DNA of 64,000 nt from Pseudomonadota bacterium (GCA_040384685.1 JAZKIV010000036.1:44445-108444), one strand, 5' to 3'. Counted from the first letter of the stretch, positions 1 through 12,500 are shown. Made by a program: numbers and translations. Notes: generated by a model not told the origin, from the letters alone.

Positions 1-3000
1 ATCGAGCCGCAACGCATCGACGCCTCCGAGCCGCTGGAGAGCTACGGCATCGACTCCATCCTGGTGGTGCAGTTCAGCAACGCGCTGCGCGGCACCTTCC
101 CGGAGGTCAGCAGCACCCTGCTGTTCGAGCACCGGACTATCGAAGCGCTGGTGTCGCACTTCATGGCGACCGAAAGCGAAGCGGTGCGCAGGCTGGCCGA
201 GCAGTCGCTGCCGGCGCACGCGGACACGGCCGCCAGCGCATCTGTGCCCGCACCGGCGACGCCCGTCGTCTCCAGGCCGCTACGACGCGTGGAGCCGGCG
301 CGCGCCACGCAAGCCTTGCCAGCCACCACCGGGACGCGCGACGTCGCCATCGTCGGCCTCTCAGGCCGCTACCCCCAGGCGGACAACGTCCACGCCTTCT
401 GGCGCAACCTGGCAGAAGGCCGCAACTGCATCTCCGCCATCCCGCCGGACCGCTGGGACTGGCAGCGTTACACCGGCACCATCGCGTCCAAGTGGGGCGG
501 TTTCCTCGACGGCATCGACTGCTTCGACGCACGCTTCTTCCGCATCTCGCCCAAGGAGGCCGAGCGCACGGACCCGCAGGAGCGCCTGTTCCTGCAGGAA
601 GCCTATGCCGCCATCGAGGACGCGGGCCACACGCCCGCCACGCTGGGCGAGCGAGTCGGCGTGTTCGTCGGCGTGATGAACAGCACCTATGCGCGCAACT
701 CGGCCTACTGGTCCATCGCCAACCGGGTGTCCTTCCTGCTCGACTTCAAGGGCCCGAGCCTGGCGGTCGACACGGCCTGCTCGTCATCGCTCACCGCCAT
801 CCACCTGGCGCTGGAAAGCATCGCCAACGGCAGCGCCGACTGCGCCATCGCCGGCGGCGTGAGCCTGATCGTCGATCCGCTGCACTACCAGCTGCTGTCG
901 TCCTTCACCATGCTGACCGCCGGCGACCGCTGCAAGTCCTTCGGCGACGGCGCCGACGGTTTCGTGGACGGCGAAGGCGTGGGCGCCGTTGTGCTCAAGC
1001 CGCTGACGCGCGCCGTCGCCGACGGCGACCGGATCTACGGCGTCATCAAGGCCAGCGCCGTCAACCACGGCGGCCGGACCAACGGCTATTCGGTGCCGGA
1101 CCCGGCCGCGCAGGCCGACGTGATCGCGCAGGCGCTGGAACGCGCTGGCGTGCACCCGCGCGCGGTCAGCTATGTCGAGGCGCACGGCACCGGCACCGCG
1201 CTGGGCGACCCGATCGAGATCGCCGGACTCGCCAAAGCGTTCTCCGCGCGCACGGCGGACCGGCAGTTCTGTGCCATCGGATCGGCCAAGTCCAACATCG
1301 GGCATTGCGAAAGCGCGGCCGGCATCGCGGCACTGACGAAGGTGCTGCTGCAGATGCGGCACGGGCAGATTGCGCCTTCGCTGCATGCGGAGGTGCCGAA
1401 CCCGCACATCGATTTCGCGGCCACGCCGTTCGCGGTGCAGCAGGAGCTGGCGCAGTGGAAGCGGCCAGTGGTGAGCCTCGACGGCGGGCCGGCGCGCGAG
1501 GTTCCGCGCATCGCGGGCATTTCGTCGTTCGGCGCGGGCGGGGCGAATGCGCACCTGGTGATCGAGGAGTACGTCGCGCCGCCGGCGCAGGCGCTCCACG
1601 TCGCGCCGGAGCGGCCGGCGCTGGTCGTGCTGTCGGCGCGCACCGAGGAACGGTTGCGAGAGCAGGCACGCCGGCTGCTGCAGGCCATCGCCGACGAGCA
1701 GCTCGGCGATGACCAGCTGGCGGATCTGGCGTACACGCTGCAGGTCGGCCGGGAGGCGATGGAGGAACGATTGGCGTTCACTGCCTCGTCCATGGCCGAT
1801 GTGAACGACACGCTGCGGCGCTTCGCTGCAGCGGAAACAGGCATCGACCGCCTTCACCGGGCCAGCGTGCGCGACCACAAACCCGCAATGACCGCGCTGG
1901 TGGCCGACGAGGACCACACCCAGCTGGTGACGAGCTGGATCGCCAAGGGCAAGGTCGGCAAATTGGCCGAACTGTGGACACAGGGCTACGCCATCGACTG
2001 GCGCGCGCTGCAATCCGGTCCGGCGATGCCGCGCCGCATCGGCCTGCCGACGTATCCGTTCGCGCGCGAGCGCCATTGGCGCCGCGACGCGGAAGCACCG
2101 GACACGGTTCCCGGCCAAGTTGTGACAGCAAACCTGCATCCGCTGCTGCACGCCAACACCTCCACGCTGGAGGTGCAGCGCTTCAGCTCCCGCTTCAGCG
2201 GCAGCGAGCCGTTCTTCGCCGACCACGTGGTGCAGGGGCGGCGTGTGCTGCCCGGTGTCGCGGCGCTGGAGATGGCGCGCGAGGCGGTCGTGCGGTCCAC
2301 CTCCGGTGCAAGTGGAGTCATGCTGAGGAACGTCGTCTGGTTGCGTCCTGTCGTCATCGGCGATGGCGCACTGGATGTGCACATCGAGCTGCTCCCGCAG
2401 GAAAACGGCATCGCGTTCGAGATCTGCAGCGGCGGCGAACTGCATGCGCAGGGTCTGGCCGTGGTGGCGCTGGAAACAGCGCGCCCGCGCGCCGACCTGA
2501 ACCTGCTGCGTGCGCAGTGCGCGCTCTCCATTCCCGCGGCGCGCTGCTACGAAGCCTTCACCCGCATGGGCATTGCCTACGGTCCCACGCACCGTGCCAT
2601 CGAGGCCTTGTCCACCGGTGCCGATGCGGCGGGGCAGCGGCAGGTGCTGGCGCGGCTTCGCAGGATGGACGGCGATGCAACCGGCTGCGCACTGCCGCCT
2701 GGCCTGGCCGATGCCGCGCTGCAGGCGGCGATCGGGTTCACGCTCAATGACAGTGACGGCGTCCCCGCCCTGCCGTTCGCGCTGAACGCGCTGGAGGTGT
2801 TCGCACCTTGCCCGGCCGATGCCTGGGCCATCGTGCGCGCGGACGGCGGCACATTCGACGTGGACATCTGCGATGACACGGGGGCCGTGTGCGTGCGCTT
2901 CACGGGCCTCGGCACGCGTCCGACGGATACACGCGAAGCACGCACCGCGCTATTCGTGCCGCACTGGGAAGCGCAGTCGGTCAATGCCTCGCAGGTGCAC

Positions 3001-6000
3001 GATGGCGAGCACTGGATCGTTCTCGCACCGCCGATGCATGGCGCGGCCGCTGCGATCCGCGGCAGCGTGGCACTGGATCGATTGCTATTGCTCGACAAGG
3101 TCGTGGGGATCGCTGCGGGCTACACGGCCGCGGCGGAGCTGCTGCTGCGCGAGCTGCAGGCGCTGTTCGCGGCCAAGCCGCAGCGCCAGGTCCTGATCCA
3201 GCTCGTGGTGAGCGATGGCGCGGAGCATCCGCTGTGGGCCGGCCTCTACGGAATGCTGCAAAGCGCCCGCCACGAGCACCCGAAGCTGGTGGTGCAGCTG
3301 ATCGCATGCGATGCCGGCGAGACGCCCGCCCAGTTGGCACGCCAGCTGCTCGACAACCGCGGCGCGGGCGATGGCCGCATCCGCTACCGCGACGGCGTGC
3401 GCGAGGTCGCCGCCTGGCAGGAGATTCCCACCGCTGCGGCAGTGCCCGCGTGGCGCGACCGCGGCGTCTATCTCATCACCGGTGGCGCGGGCGGGCTGGG
3501 CCTGCTGTGCGCACAGGAGATCGCACGCTGCGCCAAAGCGCCGGTGCTGGTGCTGGTCGGCCGCTCAGTGACGAGCGACGCATTGCAGGCACGCCTGCAG
3601 CCACTGGAAGCGGCGGGTGCGCGCGTCGAGTACCACGCCGCCGACGTAACGGACCGTGCCGCCGTCGTCGCGCTCATCGAGCACGTCACCCGCACGCATG
3701 GCCGGCTGGACAGCATCCTGCACGCCGCCGGCGTGCTGCGCGACGGCACCATCGCCGGCAAGCCCCCCGAAGACCTGCATGCCGTGCTGGCGCCCAAGGT
3801 GGCCGGCACCGTCAACCTGGACGAAGCGACGCGGCAGCTGCCGCTGGACTGCTTCGTCCTGTTTTCTTCCGTCTCGGGCGCACTGGGCAACGCCGGCCAG
3901 GCGGATTACGCTGCGGCCAACGCATTCCTCGATGCCTATGCGGCGTACCGCGACGGCCTGGTTGCCGCAGGCCAACGCAGCGGCCGCAGCCTGTCGGTCA
4001 ATTGGCCGCTGTGGGCCGAGGGCGGCATGGACCTGCGGGCCGAGGACCGCGAGCGGCTGGCGCAGCGCACCGGCCAGCGTCCGCTGGAGACGGTTGATGG
4101 TCTGCGCGCGCTGGACGCCTGCCTGGCCGCGGGTGCACCGCAGTTGCTGGTCGCGCATGGTGACGTGGAGCGCATCCGCGACAAGCTGCTGCGCGCACGG
4201 ACACCCGAGCCCCTGGCCGCGGACTCTGCACCGCCGACCGATGCCGGCGCACTGCCGCCCGAGGTCGAACGGCAGCTCGCCCACATGGTGTGCGAGCTGT
4301 TGAAGCTGCGGCCTGAGGAGATCGATCCGCGCGTGGAACTCGGCGAGTACGGGTTCGATTCCATCAGCTTCACCCAGTTCGCCAATGCGGTGAACGACGC
4401 CTGGGGCCTGGAGATCGCGCCGCCGCTGTTCTTCGAGCATTCCAGCCTGCGCGCGTTGGCAGCGCATCTGGTACAGGCGCATCTGACTGTATTTGCCGCG
4501 CCCGTGGTGGCTGAAGAGACACCCCCCTCTCGCCGGGCGCGCTTCGCGCAAGCGCCGACTCCCGCTATGGAACCAGCAGCCGACCCAGTCGCCATCATCG
4601 GCATCAGCGGCTGCTTCCCCCTGGCCGACGATCCGGATGCGCTATGGCGCAACCTGCTGGACGGCCGCGATTGCATCCGCGAGGTTCCGCCGGACCGCTG
4701 GGACTGGCGCGCGCTCTGGGGCGACCCGGCGCGGCAGGAAGGCAAGACCAACATCAAATGGGGCGGTTTCATCGACGGCGTGGCCGAGTTCGACGCGCAG
4801 TTCTTCGGCATCTCGCCGCGCGAGGCCGAGCTGATGGACCCGCAGCAGCGCCTGCTGATGACGCATGTGTGGAAAGCCATCGAGGACGCGGGCTACGCGG
4901 CCGAGTCGCTGGCCGGCACGCGCACCGCCCTGTTCGCCGGCATCGGCAACAGCGGCTACGGCGCCATGGTGCCGCATGCCGACGGCTACAGCGCCACCGG
5001 CGCCGTGCCCTCGGTCGGCCCCAATCGCATGAGCTATTTCCTGGACCTGCACGGCCCCAGCGAACCGGTGGAGACGGCTTGTTCCAGCGCGCTGGTGGCC
5101 GTGCACCGCGCACTGTCGGCGATGGAGCGCGACGGCTGCGAAATGGCGATTGCCGGCGGCGTCAACGTGCTGGTGTCGCCCGATGCGCACGTGAGCTTCG
5201 GCCGGGCCGGCATGCTGAGCGAGGACGGCCGCTGCAAGACCTTCTCCGCGCGCGCGAACGGCTACGTGCGCGCCGAGGGCGCGGGCTTCCTGGTGCTGAA
5301 GAAACTCAGCGCGGCCGAGCGCGACGGCGACCGCATCCATGGCCTGGTGCGCGCCAGCGCGGAGAACCACGGCGGACGTGCCAATTCGCTGACTGCGCCG
5401 AACCACCGCGCGCAGGAAGCGCTGCTGGTGGATGCGTATACCAGGGCGGGCATCGATCCGCGCACGGTAGGCTACATCGAGGTGCATGGCACGGGGACCG
5501 CGCTGGGCGACCCGATCGAGGTGAATGCGCTGAAGGGCGCGTTCCAGCAGCTCTATTCGCAGACGGATGGCAACGCTGTACCGGTCCAGCCGCATTGCGG
5601 CATCGCGTCCGTGAAAAGCAACATCGGCCACCTGGAACTCGCGGCCGGCGTCGCCGGCATCGTCAAGGTGCTGCTGCAGCTGAAGCACAAGACCTTGGCC
5701 AAGAGCCTGCATTGCGAGGACGTCAACCCGTACATCGACCTGAAAGACAGCCCGTTCTTCATCGTGCGCGAGAACCAGCCGTGGCAGGCACCGCGCGATG
5801 CGAACGGGCGGGAGCTGCCGCGGCGTGCGGGCGTGAGCTCGTTCGGCTTCGGCGGCACCAATGCGCATGTGGTGATCGAGGAGTACGTGCCGCCTGTGGC
5901 GCTTCAGCGCAAGGAACCTGTTGCCCTGCCTGGGGGCATCGCACTGGTCGTTCTGTCGGCGCGCAACCCCGAGCGCTTGCGCGAGCAGGCCCGGCAGCTG

Positions 6001-6507
6001 CTTAGTGCGGTGGAGGAACGCCGCTTCACCGACGCCGACCTGGCCGGTATCGCCTGGACGCTGCAGGCCGGCCGCTCGGCGATGGAGGAGCGGCTCGCGT
6101 TCACCGCCGCATCCATCGGCGAACTGCGCGCAAAGCTGGAACGCTTCCTGGCGGGCGCCACCGATGGCCTGCACCACGGCCAGTTGAAGCGTGCTGTGGA
6201 AGCCGGGACTGCTGCCGACGTGCCGAACGATCCGGACCAGCTGCTCGCGGCCTGGGTGCGCGGCCTGGCCGTGCACTGGGGCCGGCTGTACGGCACGCAC
6301 TGTCCGCGGCGCATCGCCCTGCCCACCTACCCGTTCGCGCGCGAGCGGCACTGGACGGCGCGCGGCGGCGCCGTGCCCGCACCTGAACCGACGAAGACGC
6401 AGCCGCTGCCCGGCGACGACCTGTTGAAGCGACTGCTGGATGGCGTGCGCGACGAGTTGCTGCCGCTGGATGACGCCGTGAACGAAGCCCGCAAGGCCAT
6501 GGCCTGA
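1..6507 (+). CDS. trans-AT type I polyketide synthase, 5'-truncated by the window: ACP-KS-DH-KR-ACP-KS plus C-terminal docking helices
   Basis: Frame 1 is open from base 1 (IEPQRIDASEPLESYGIDSI, an ACP). KS1 has DTACSSS/EAHGTGT/KSNIGH. DH has DHVVQGRRVLP and LADAALQ. KR has GGAGGLG, HAAGVLRD and YAAAN. Second ACP has GFDSI. KS2 has ETACSS/EVHGTGT/KSNIGH. No AT (GHSxG) domain. Confidence 0.96.
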   Translation: MEPQRIDASEPLESYGIDSILVVQFSNALRGTFPEVSSTLLFEHRTIEALVSHFMATESEAVRRLAEQSLPAHADTAASASVPAPATPVVSRPLRRVEPARATQALPATTGTRDVAIVGLSGRYPQADNVHAFWRNLAEGRNCISAIPPDRWDWQRYTGTIASKWGGFLDGIDCFDARFFRISPKEAERTDPQERLFLQEAYAAIEDAGHTPATLGERVGVFVGVMNSTYARNSAYWSIANRVSFLLDFKGPSLAVDTACSSSLTAIHLALESIANGSADCAIAGGVSLIVDPLHYQLLSSFTMLTAGDRCKSFGDGADGFVDGEGVGAVVLKPLTRAVADGDRIYGVIKASAVNHGGRTNGYSVPDPAAQADVIAQALERAGVHPRAVSYVEAHGTGTALGDPIEIAGLAKAFSARTADRQFCAIGSAKSNIGHCESAAGIAALTKVLLQMRHGQIAPSLHAEVPNPHIDFAATPFAVQQELAQWKRPVVSLDGGPAREVPRIAGISSFGAGGANAHLVIEEYVAPPAQALHVAPERPALVVLSARTEERLREQARRLLQAIADEQLGDDQLADLAYTLQVGREAMEERLAFTASSMADVNDTLRRFAAAETGIDRLHRASVRDHKPAMTALVADEDHTQLVTSWIAKGKVGKLAELWTQGYAIDWRALQSGPAMPRRIGLPTYPFARERHWRRDAEAPDTVPGQVVTANLHPLLHANTSTLEVQRFSSRFSGSEPFFADHVVQGRRVLPGVAALEMAREAVVRSTSGASGVMLRNVVWLRPVVIGDGALDVHIELLPQENGIAFEICSGGELHAQGLAVVALETARPRADLNLLRAQCALSIPAARCYEAFTRMGIAYGPTHRAIEALSTGADAAGQRQVLARLRRMDGDATGCALPPGLADAALQAAIGFTLNDSDGVPALPFALNALEVFAPCPADAWAIVRADGGTFDVDICDDTGAVCVRFTGLGTRPTDTREARTALFVPHWEAQSVNASQVHDGEHWIVLAPPMHGAAAAIRGSVALDRLLLLDKVVGIAAGYTAAAELLLRELQALFAAKPQRQVLIQLVVSDGAEHPLWAGLYGMLQSARHEHPKLVVQLIACDAGETPAQLARQLLDNRGAGDGRIRYRDGVREVAAWQEIPTAAAVPAWRDRGVYLITGGAGGLGLLCAQEIARCAKAPVLVLVGRSVTSDALQARLQPLEAAGARVEYHAADVTDRAAVVALIEHVTRTHGRLDSILHAAGVLRDGTIAGKPPEDLHAVLAPKVAGTVNLDEATRQLPLDCFVLFSSVSGALGNAGQADYAAANAFLDAYAAYRDGLVAAGQRSGRSLSVNWPLWAEGGMDLRAEDRERLAQRTGQRPLETVDGLRALDACLAAGAPQLLVAHGDVERIRDKLLRARTPEPLAADSAPPTDAGALPPEVERQLAHMVCELLKLRPEEIDPRVELGEYGFDSISFTQFANAVNDAWGLEIAPPLFFEHSSLRALAAHLVQAHLTVFAAPVVAEETPPSRRARFAQAPTPAMEPAADPVAIIGISGCFPLADDPDALWRNLLDGRDCIREVPPDRWDWRALWGDPARQEGKTNIKWGGFIDGVAEFDAQFFGISPREAELMDPQQRLLMTHVWKAIEDAGYAAESLAGTRTALFAGIGNSGYGAMVPHADGYSATGAVPSVGPNRMSYFLDLHGPSEPVETACSSALVAVHRALSAMERDGCEMAIAGGVNVLVSPDAHVSFGRAGMLSEDGRCKTFSARANGYVRAEGAGFLVLKKLSAAERDGDRIHGLVRASAENHGGRANSLTAPNHRAQEALLVDAYTRAGIDPRTVGYIEVHGTGTALGDPIEVNALKGAFQQLYSQTDGNAVPVQPHCGIASVKSNIGHLELAAGVAGIVKVLLQLKHKTLAKSLHCEDVNPYIDLKDSPFFIVRENQPWQAPRDANGRELPRRAGVSSFGFGGTNAHVVIEEYVPPVALQRKEPVALPGGIALVVLSARNPERLREQARQLLSAVEERRFTDADLAGIAWTLQAGRSAMEERLAFTAASIGELRAKLERFLAGATDGLHHGQLKRAVEAGTAADVPNDPDQLLAAWVRGLAVHWGRLYGTHCPRRIALPTYPFARERHWTARGGAVPAPEPTKTQPLPGDDLLKRLLDGVRDELLPLDDAVNEARKAMA

Positions 6508-6520
6508 GGCCGAGGAAAGC

Positions 6521-9500
6521 ATGACCGATTTTTTGACCCATGTGTTTGGCGAAGTGCGCCAGCGGCGGCTGTCCACCGAGGAGGCCCTGGCCCTGATTCG
6601 CCAGTTCCGCGGCGGCCGCGGCCCAGCCACCGGCGCGGCGCCGGTCCTGCATCCGCTCGCCCAGCGCAACATCTCCAACCTGCAAGAGCAAAGCTACACC
6701 AGCACTTTCACCGGCGCCGAGTTCTTCCTGGTCGACCACGTGGTGCAGGGCCGGCGCGTGCTGCCGGGCGTGGCCTTCCTGGAGATGGCCCGTGCGGCAG
6801 TCGCCGACGCCAGCGGCGCGGCCGGCCAGCCGACAGCGATCGCGCTGGACAAAATCGTCTGGACCCGGCCCATCGTGATCGACGGCGCGCCACTGGAGGT
6901 GCAGGTGCGCCTGTCGCCGGCCGCCGGCGGCGACATCGGCTACGAGATCACCAGCACGCCTGACGATGGCGAGGCCCTGGTGCATGCGCAGGGGCAGGCT
7001 CGCGTGCTGGAAGGCGAAACGCCGGCTCCTCGCGTCGACCTGGTGGCCATCCGCGCGGCATGCACGCGCAGCCTGGGTGCGGACGACTGCTACGCGGGGC
7101 TTCGCATCATCGGCTTGGCCCTGGGCCCGGGCTTTCGCGGCATTGAAGCGCTGCATGCGGGGCTGGACGCGGCGGGCCGGCCGCAGGCCATCGCCCAGCT
7201 GCGGCTGCCGCCTTCGGTCGCGGCCGATCACGACCGCTACGTGTTGCATCCCAGCCTGATGGATTCGGCGCTGCAGGCGACGTCCGGCCTGGCGCTGGCG
7301 GTCGGCGAAGCCGCACGCGGCGACGGCAAGCCTTCGCTGCCGTTCGCGCTGGAAGCCGTGCGCATCTTCGGCCGCGTGCCGGCGGACCCGTGGGCCGTGG
7401 TGCGCTTCGCCGCCGGCAGTGGTCCCGCCGACAAGGTGCGCAAGCTGGACATCGACCTGTGTGAGGCGGACGGCGCGGTGTGCGTGCGCATGCAGGGCTT
7501 CAGCATGCGCACGCTGGGGAGCGAGACAGCTGACCACAACGAGGACGCGGAACTGTTCGTACCCGCCTGGCGCGCACAGCCGCTCGCGCCCGTTGCCGGG
7601 CGGCCGGCGCACGCGCGGCACTGGGTGCTGCTGGCGCCGGATCTCGCGGAGTACGCGCCGGCGGTCGGACAGGCGCTAAACCCGGTACGTTCCCTGGCGT
7701 TCGCCGCGCACGCGGATACCGCAGCCGGCTACGCGGCCGCGGCGGCGCAGCTGCTGGCGCTCCTGCGCGAGCTCATCGCGGCCAAACCTGCCGGCGGGGT
7801 GCTGATGCAACTGGTGGTACGCGCAGACGGCGAGCACAGCCTGCACGCCGGCCTGTTCGGCCTGCTGCAAAGCGCGCAGCTCGAATTCCCCAAGCTCGTG
7901 GTGCAGCGGATCGACTGGGACGGCGGCGATGCCGCGCAACTGGCCCGCCTGCTGGCCGGCAACGCCCATGCCGGCAGTGGCCACATCCGCGAGCGCGATG
8001 GCGTGCGCGAAGCAGCGCACTGGCAAGAATTTCGTGGAACCGCCTCCGCCATGCCCTGGAAAGACGGCGGCGTCTACCTCGTCACCGGCGGCCTCGGCGG
8101 ACTCGGCCTGCTGTTCGCGCGCGAGATCGCCACGCAGGCACGCGCGCCGGTGCTGGTGCTGGCAGGCCGCTCCGCACCCGATGCCGCCGGCAGCGCGCGG
8201 CTGGACGCCTTGCGCGCGCTGGGCGCCGACGTGCGGCACCACGCCCTCGATGTTGGCGACGCCAGCGCGGTGCGTGCACTGGTGGATGGCATCGTGCGAG
8301 AGCATGGCCGTCTGGACGGCGTTCTGCATACCGCCGGCGTGCTGGCCGACGGCCTGATCGCTGGCAAAACCGAGGAGCAACTGCGCTCCGTGCTCGCCCC
8401 CAAGGTGGCCGGCACGCTCAACCTGGACGCCGCCACCGCCACGCTGCATCTGGATTGCTTCCTGCTGTTCTCGTCCGTGGCCGGCGTGCTCGGCAATATG
8501 GGCCAGGGCGACTACGCGGCAGCCAACGCGTTCCTGGACGCGTTTGCGCATCACCGCAACCGCCTTGCCGCGCAAGGCCAACGCCAGGGTCGCACGCTTG
8601 CCGTCGACTGGCCGCTGTGGGCCAAAGGCGGCATGCGCGCGACCTCGGGCAACCCACTGAAGACGGCCGCGGCCATGCAAGCGCTCTATCGCGTCTGGGG
8701 CGACGCATCGCTTTCGCAGGCGCTGGTGCTGGCGCCGGGTGCCGACGCCATCCGCGCGCGGCTGCTCGGCACATCGGCAGCTGCCGCGCCCCGAACCGTT
8801 GCGTCGCCGCGGCCGGCGAACAACGCCTCCGGCGAGCACGCGGAGCGCCTGCTGCAGCAAGCCGCCGCGCAACTGCTGAAGTTGCGTCCCGACGACATCG
8901 ACCCCGAGCGCGAGCTCAGCAAGTACGGCTTCGACTCCATCTCGTTCACGCAGTTCGCCAACACGCTGAACGACCGCTACGCGCTGGGCCTGACGCCCAC
9001 CGTGTTCTTCGAGCACCCGACGCTGCGCGAATTCGCCGGGCATCTCGCGCGCGAGCATCCGGCGGTGTTCGCGCCGCAGGCTCCCGCGCAGGCGGTGCCC
9101 GCACTGCAGGCGCCGCCCACGCGGCGCGAACGCTTCGCCGCTGCGCGCGTGCCCTCACCGGCCGCGCGAGCCGCCGAAGCCGGCCCTGAACCCGTCGCCA
9201 TCATCGGCATCAGCGGCCGCTTCCCGATGGCCGACGACCTGGACGCCTTCTGGCGCAACCTGCGCGACGGCCGCGACTGCATTGCCGAAATCCCGCCGGA
9301 CCGCTGGGACTGGCGCGCGGTCTGGGGCGACCCGGCCCAGGAAGGCGCCAAAACCAACATCAAGTGGGGCGGCTTCATCGACGGCGTGGACCGCTTCGAC
9401 GCGCAGTTCTTCGGCATCTCGCCGCGCGAAGCGGAGCTGATGGACCCGCAGCAGCGCCTGCTGATGACTTATGTGTGGAAAGCGGTGGAAGACGCCGGCT

Positions 9501-12500
9501 ATTCGGCCGAGGCCATTTCGGGCAGCAAGACCGCCCTGTTCGCCGGCACCATGGCAGGCGACTATGGCCGGCTGGTGGCGCGCGCGGCCACCTCCATCGA
9601 GGGGCACCACGCCACCGGCAACACGCCCTCGGTCGGGCCCAACCGCATGAGCTTCTTCCTGAACCTGCACGGCCCCAGCCAGCCGGTGGAAACGGCATGC
9701 TCCAGCGCGCTGATCGCCGTACACCGCGCCATGCTGGCGATCGAGCGGGACGGCTGCGAGATGGCGATCGCCGGCGGCATCAACACGCTCATCACGCCGG
9801 AGACGCACATCAGCTTCAGCAAGGCCGGCATGCTGAGCCAGGACGGGCGCTGCAAGACCTTCTCGGCGGCGGCCAACGGCTATGTGCGCGGCGAAGGCGT
9901 CGGCTTCCTGGTGATGAAGAAGCTGTCCGCCGCCGAGCGCGACGGTGACCACATCTATGGCGTGATCCGCGCGACGGCGGAGAACCATGGCGGGCGTGCC
10001 AGCTCGCTCACCGCGCCGAATCCGAAGGCGCAGCAGGAGCTGCTGCTGGCGGCGTACACGAAGGCCGGTATCGACCCGCGCACGGTCGGCTACATCGAGG
10101 CGCACGGCACGGGCACGCCGCTGGGCGATCCGGTGGAGGTGGATGCGCTCAAAAGTGCGTTCAGGCAGCTCTATCGGCAAGCGGGCGGCGATGCGGCTCT
10201 GGCCGAACCGCACTGCGGCATCGCTTCGGTGAAAAGCAACATCGGCCACCTGGAGCTCGCGGCAGGTGTCGCCGGGATCATCAAGGTGCTTCTGCAGCTG
10301 AAGCACAAGACCCTGGTCAAGAGCCTGCACTGCGATGACATCAATCCCTACATCGATCTCAGGGGCAGCCCGTTCTTCATCGTGCGCGACAACCAGCCCT
10401 GGGACGCGCCGCGCGATGCCAGCGGCCAGGCGCTGCCCCGGCGCGCGGGCGTGAGTTCCTTCGGCTTCGGCGGCGCGAACGCGCACGTGGTGATCGAGGA
10501 GTACGTGGCGCCTGCGGCACTTCAACGGCAGGAGCCCACGGCCTCGGCCGGTGGCAGCGCCCTGGTCGTGCTGTCGGCGCGCAACGAGGAGCGCCTGCGC
10601 GAGCAGGCCCAGCAGCTGCTCGCGGCCGTCGGCGAACACGGCTTCACCGACACCGACCTGCCCGACATTGCCTGGACCCTGCAAGCCGGCCGCACGGCCA
10701 TGGACGAGCGCCTGGCATTCACCGCAAGCTCGATTGCGGAAATGCAGTCCAGGCTCGCGGCCTTCCTCGAAGACGGGACCGGCGCTCACGACCTTCACCG
10801 CGGCCGCGCGCGGCGCGGCAAGGACGACCTCTCGGCCATGGCCTCGGACGAAGACCACCGGCAGCTCGTCGCATCCTGGCTCGCCAAGGGCAAGTTCGCG
10901 CGTGTGCTGGACCTGTGGGTGCGCGGCCTGGCGCTGGACTGGCAACAGCTGTATGGCGGCGCGCGCCTGCCGCGGCGCATCAGCCTGCCGACCTACCCGT
11001 TCGCGCCGGAACGGCATTGGGTGGAAACCGGTGCCGCATCGGTAGCTGTCGCTGGAACGGCGCGGCTCCACCCGGTGCTGCACCGCAACACCTCGGACTT
11101 CCAGGCGCAGCGCTTCGCCTCGCTGTTCACCGGCCAGGAGTTCTTCCTGGCCGACCACGTACTGCAGGGCACGCCGGTGCTGCCCGGCGTGGTGTCGCTG
11201 GAGATGGCGCGCCTGGCCGTGGCCCTCGCCACCGGCACGGCGAGCGGCGTCGTGCTCAAGGACTTCGTCTGGGCACGGCCCGTGATGCTGGCCGGCGGCC
11301 CGGCGGCAGTGGAGATCGTGCTGGCACCGCAGGACGGCGGCGAGATCGCCTACGAGATCCGCGGCGATGCGGCCGGTTCTGCCGTTCACGTGCAGGGCCG
11401 CGCCGTGTTGCGCGACAGTCCACCGGACCTCGCGCGCATCGACCTGCAAGCCCTGCGCGCGCAGTGCACGCGCGAGATTTCGGCCAGCGACGGTTACGCA
11501 GCGTTGCGCAACATGGGGCTGGTGCTCGGTCCCGCGCTGCGGGCCATCGAGTCGCTGCACGCGGGCGGCGATGCCGTGCTCGCGCGCCTGCGGCTGCCCA
11601 CCGCCGCGGCCGAGGGCCGCGCGCAGTACGTGCTGCACCCGAGCATGATGGACGCGTCCATCCAGGCGGCGCTGGGCTTCGCGCTGGCCGATGCGGATGC
11701 GGATGGCGGCGCATTGAAGCCGCTGCTGCCCTATTCCCTGCAATCGCTGGAGATCGCCCTACCGTGCCCCGACACCGGCTGGGCCGTACTGCGCCGGCGC
11801 ACCGGCGGCGCGGCATCGGACAGGGTACTGGTGCTCGACATCCTGCTGTGTGATGACGACGGCGTGGTCTGCGTACGCATGCAAGGCTTGGGCTTGCGGC
11901 TGCTGGAAGGCGAGATCGGCGCCGAGGCACGGCCCGTGCAGGCAACACGCCAGGCCGCCGCGCCTGCGGCACCCCAGGCGGACACCGGCGAGCTGCCCGC
12001 CACCGTGCGCCAATGGCTGAAGCGCACCATCTCGCAGCTGCTGAAGGTGCGCGTGGAACACATCGACGACGAGGTCGAGCTGACCGGCTACGGCTTCGAT
12101 TCGATCAAGTTCATCGAGCTGAGCCACGCAGTGAACCAGGAGCTGCGGCTGGAGCTGGCGCCGCCGGTGTTCTTCGAATACCCGACGCTGGGCGGCTTCG
12201 CCGACTACCTGCTGGCGGAGCACCGCGCGGCGGTGCTGCGGCGTTTCGAGGTACGGACGCCTGCCGCATCGCCGGTCGCCGTGCAGGCACCGGCGCCAGC
12301 ACTGCCGCCGCGACGGCTCCCCGCGTTCCAACGCCACGTGCACGCTGCCGCGCCGGCCACAGAGCCAGTGGCCATCATCGGCATCAGCGGCCGCTTCCCC
12401 ATGGCCGAGGACGTGGACGCGCTGTGGCGCAACCTGGCCGAGGGGCGCGACTGCATCGGCGAAATTCCGGCGAGGCGCTGGGACTGGACGGGACAGGGCG

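Noticed and set aside
11050-11900. DH2 as a pyran synthase or double-bond-shift domain
   Set aside because: It keeps both the HxxxGxxxxP His and the Asp, and its KS is elongating; not excluded, but not supported by motifs.
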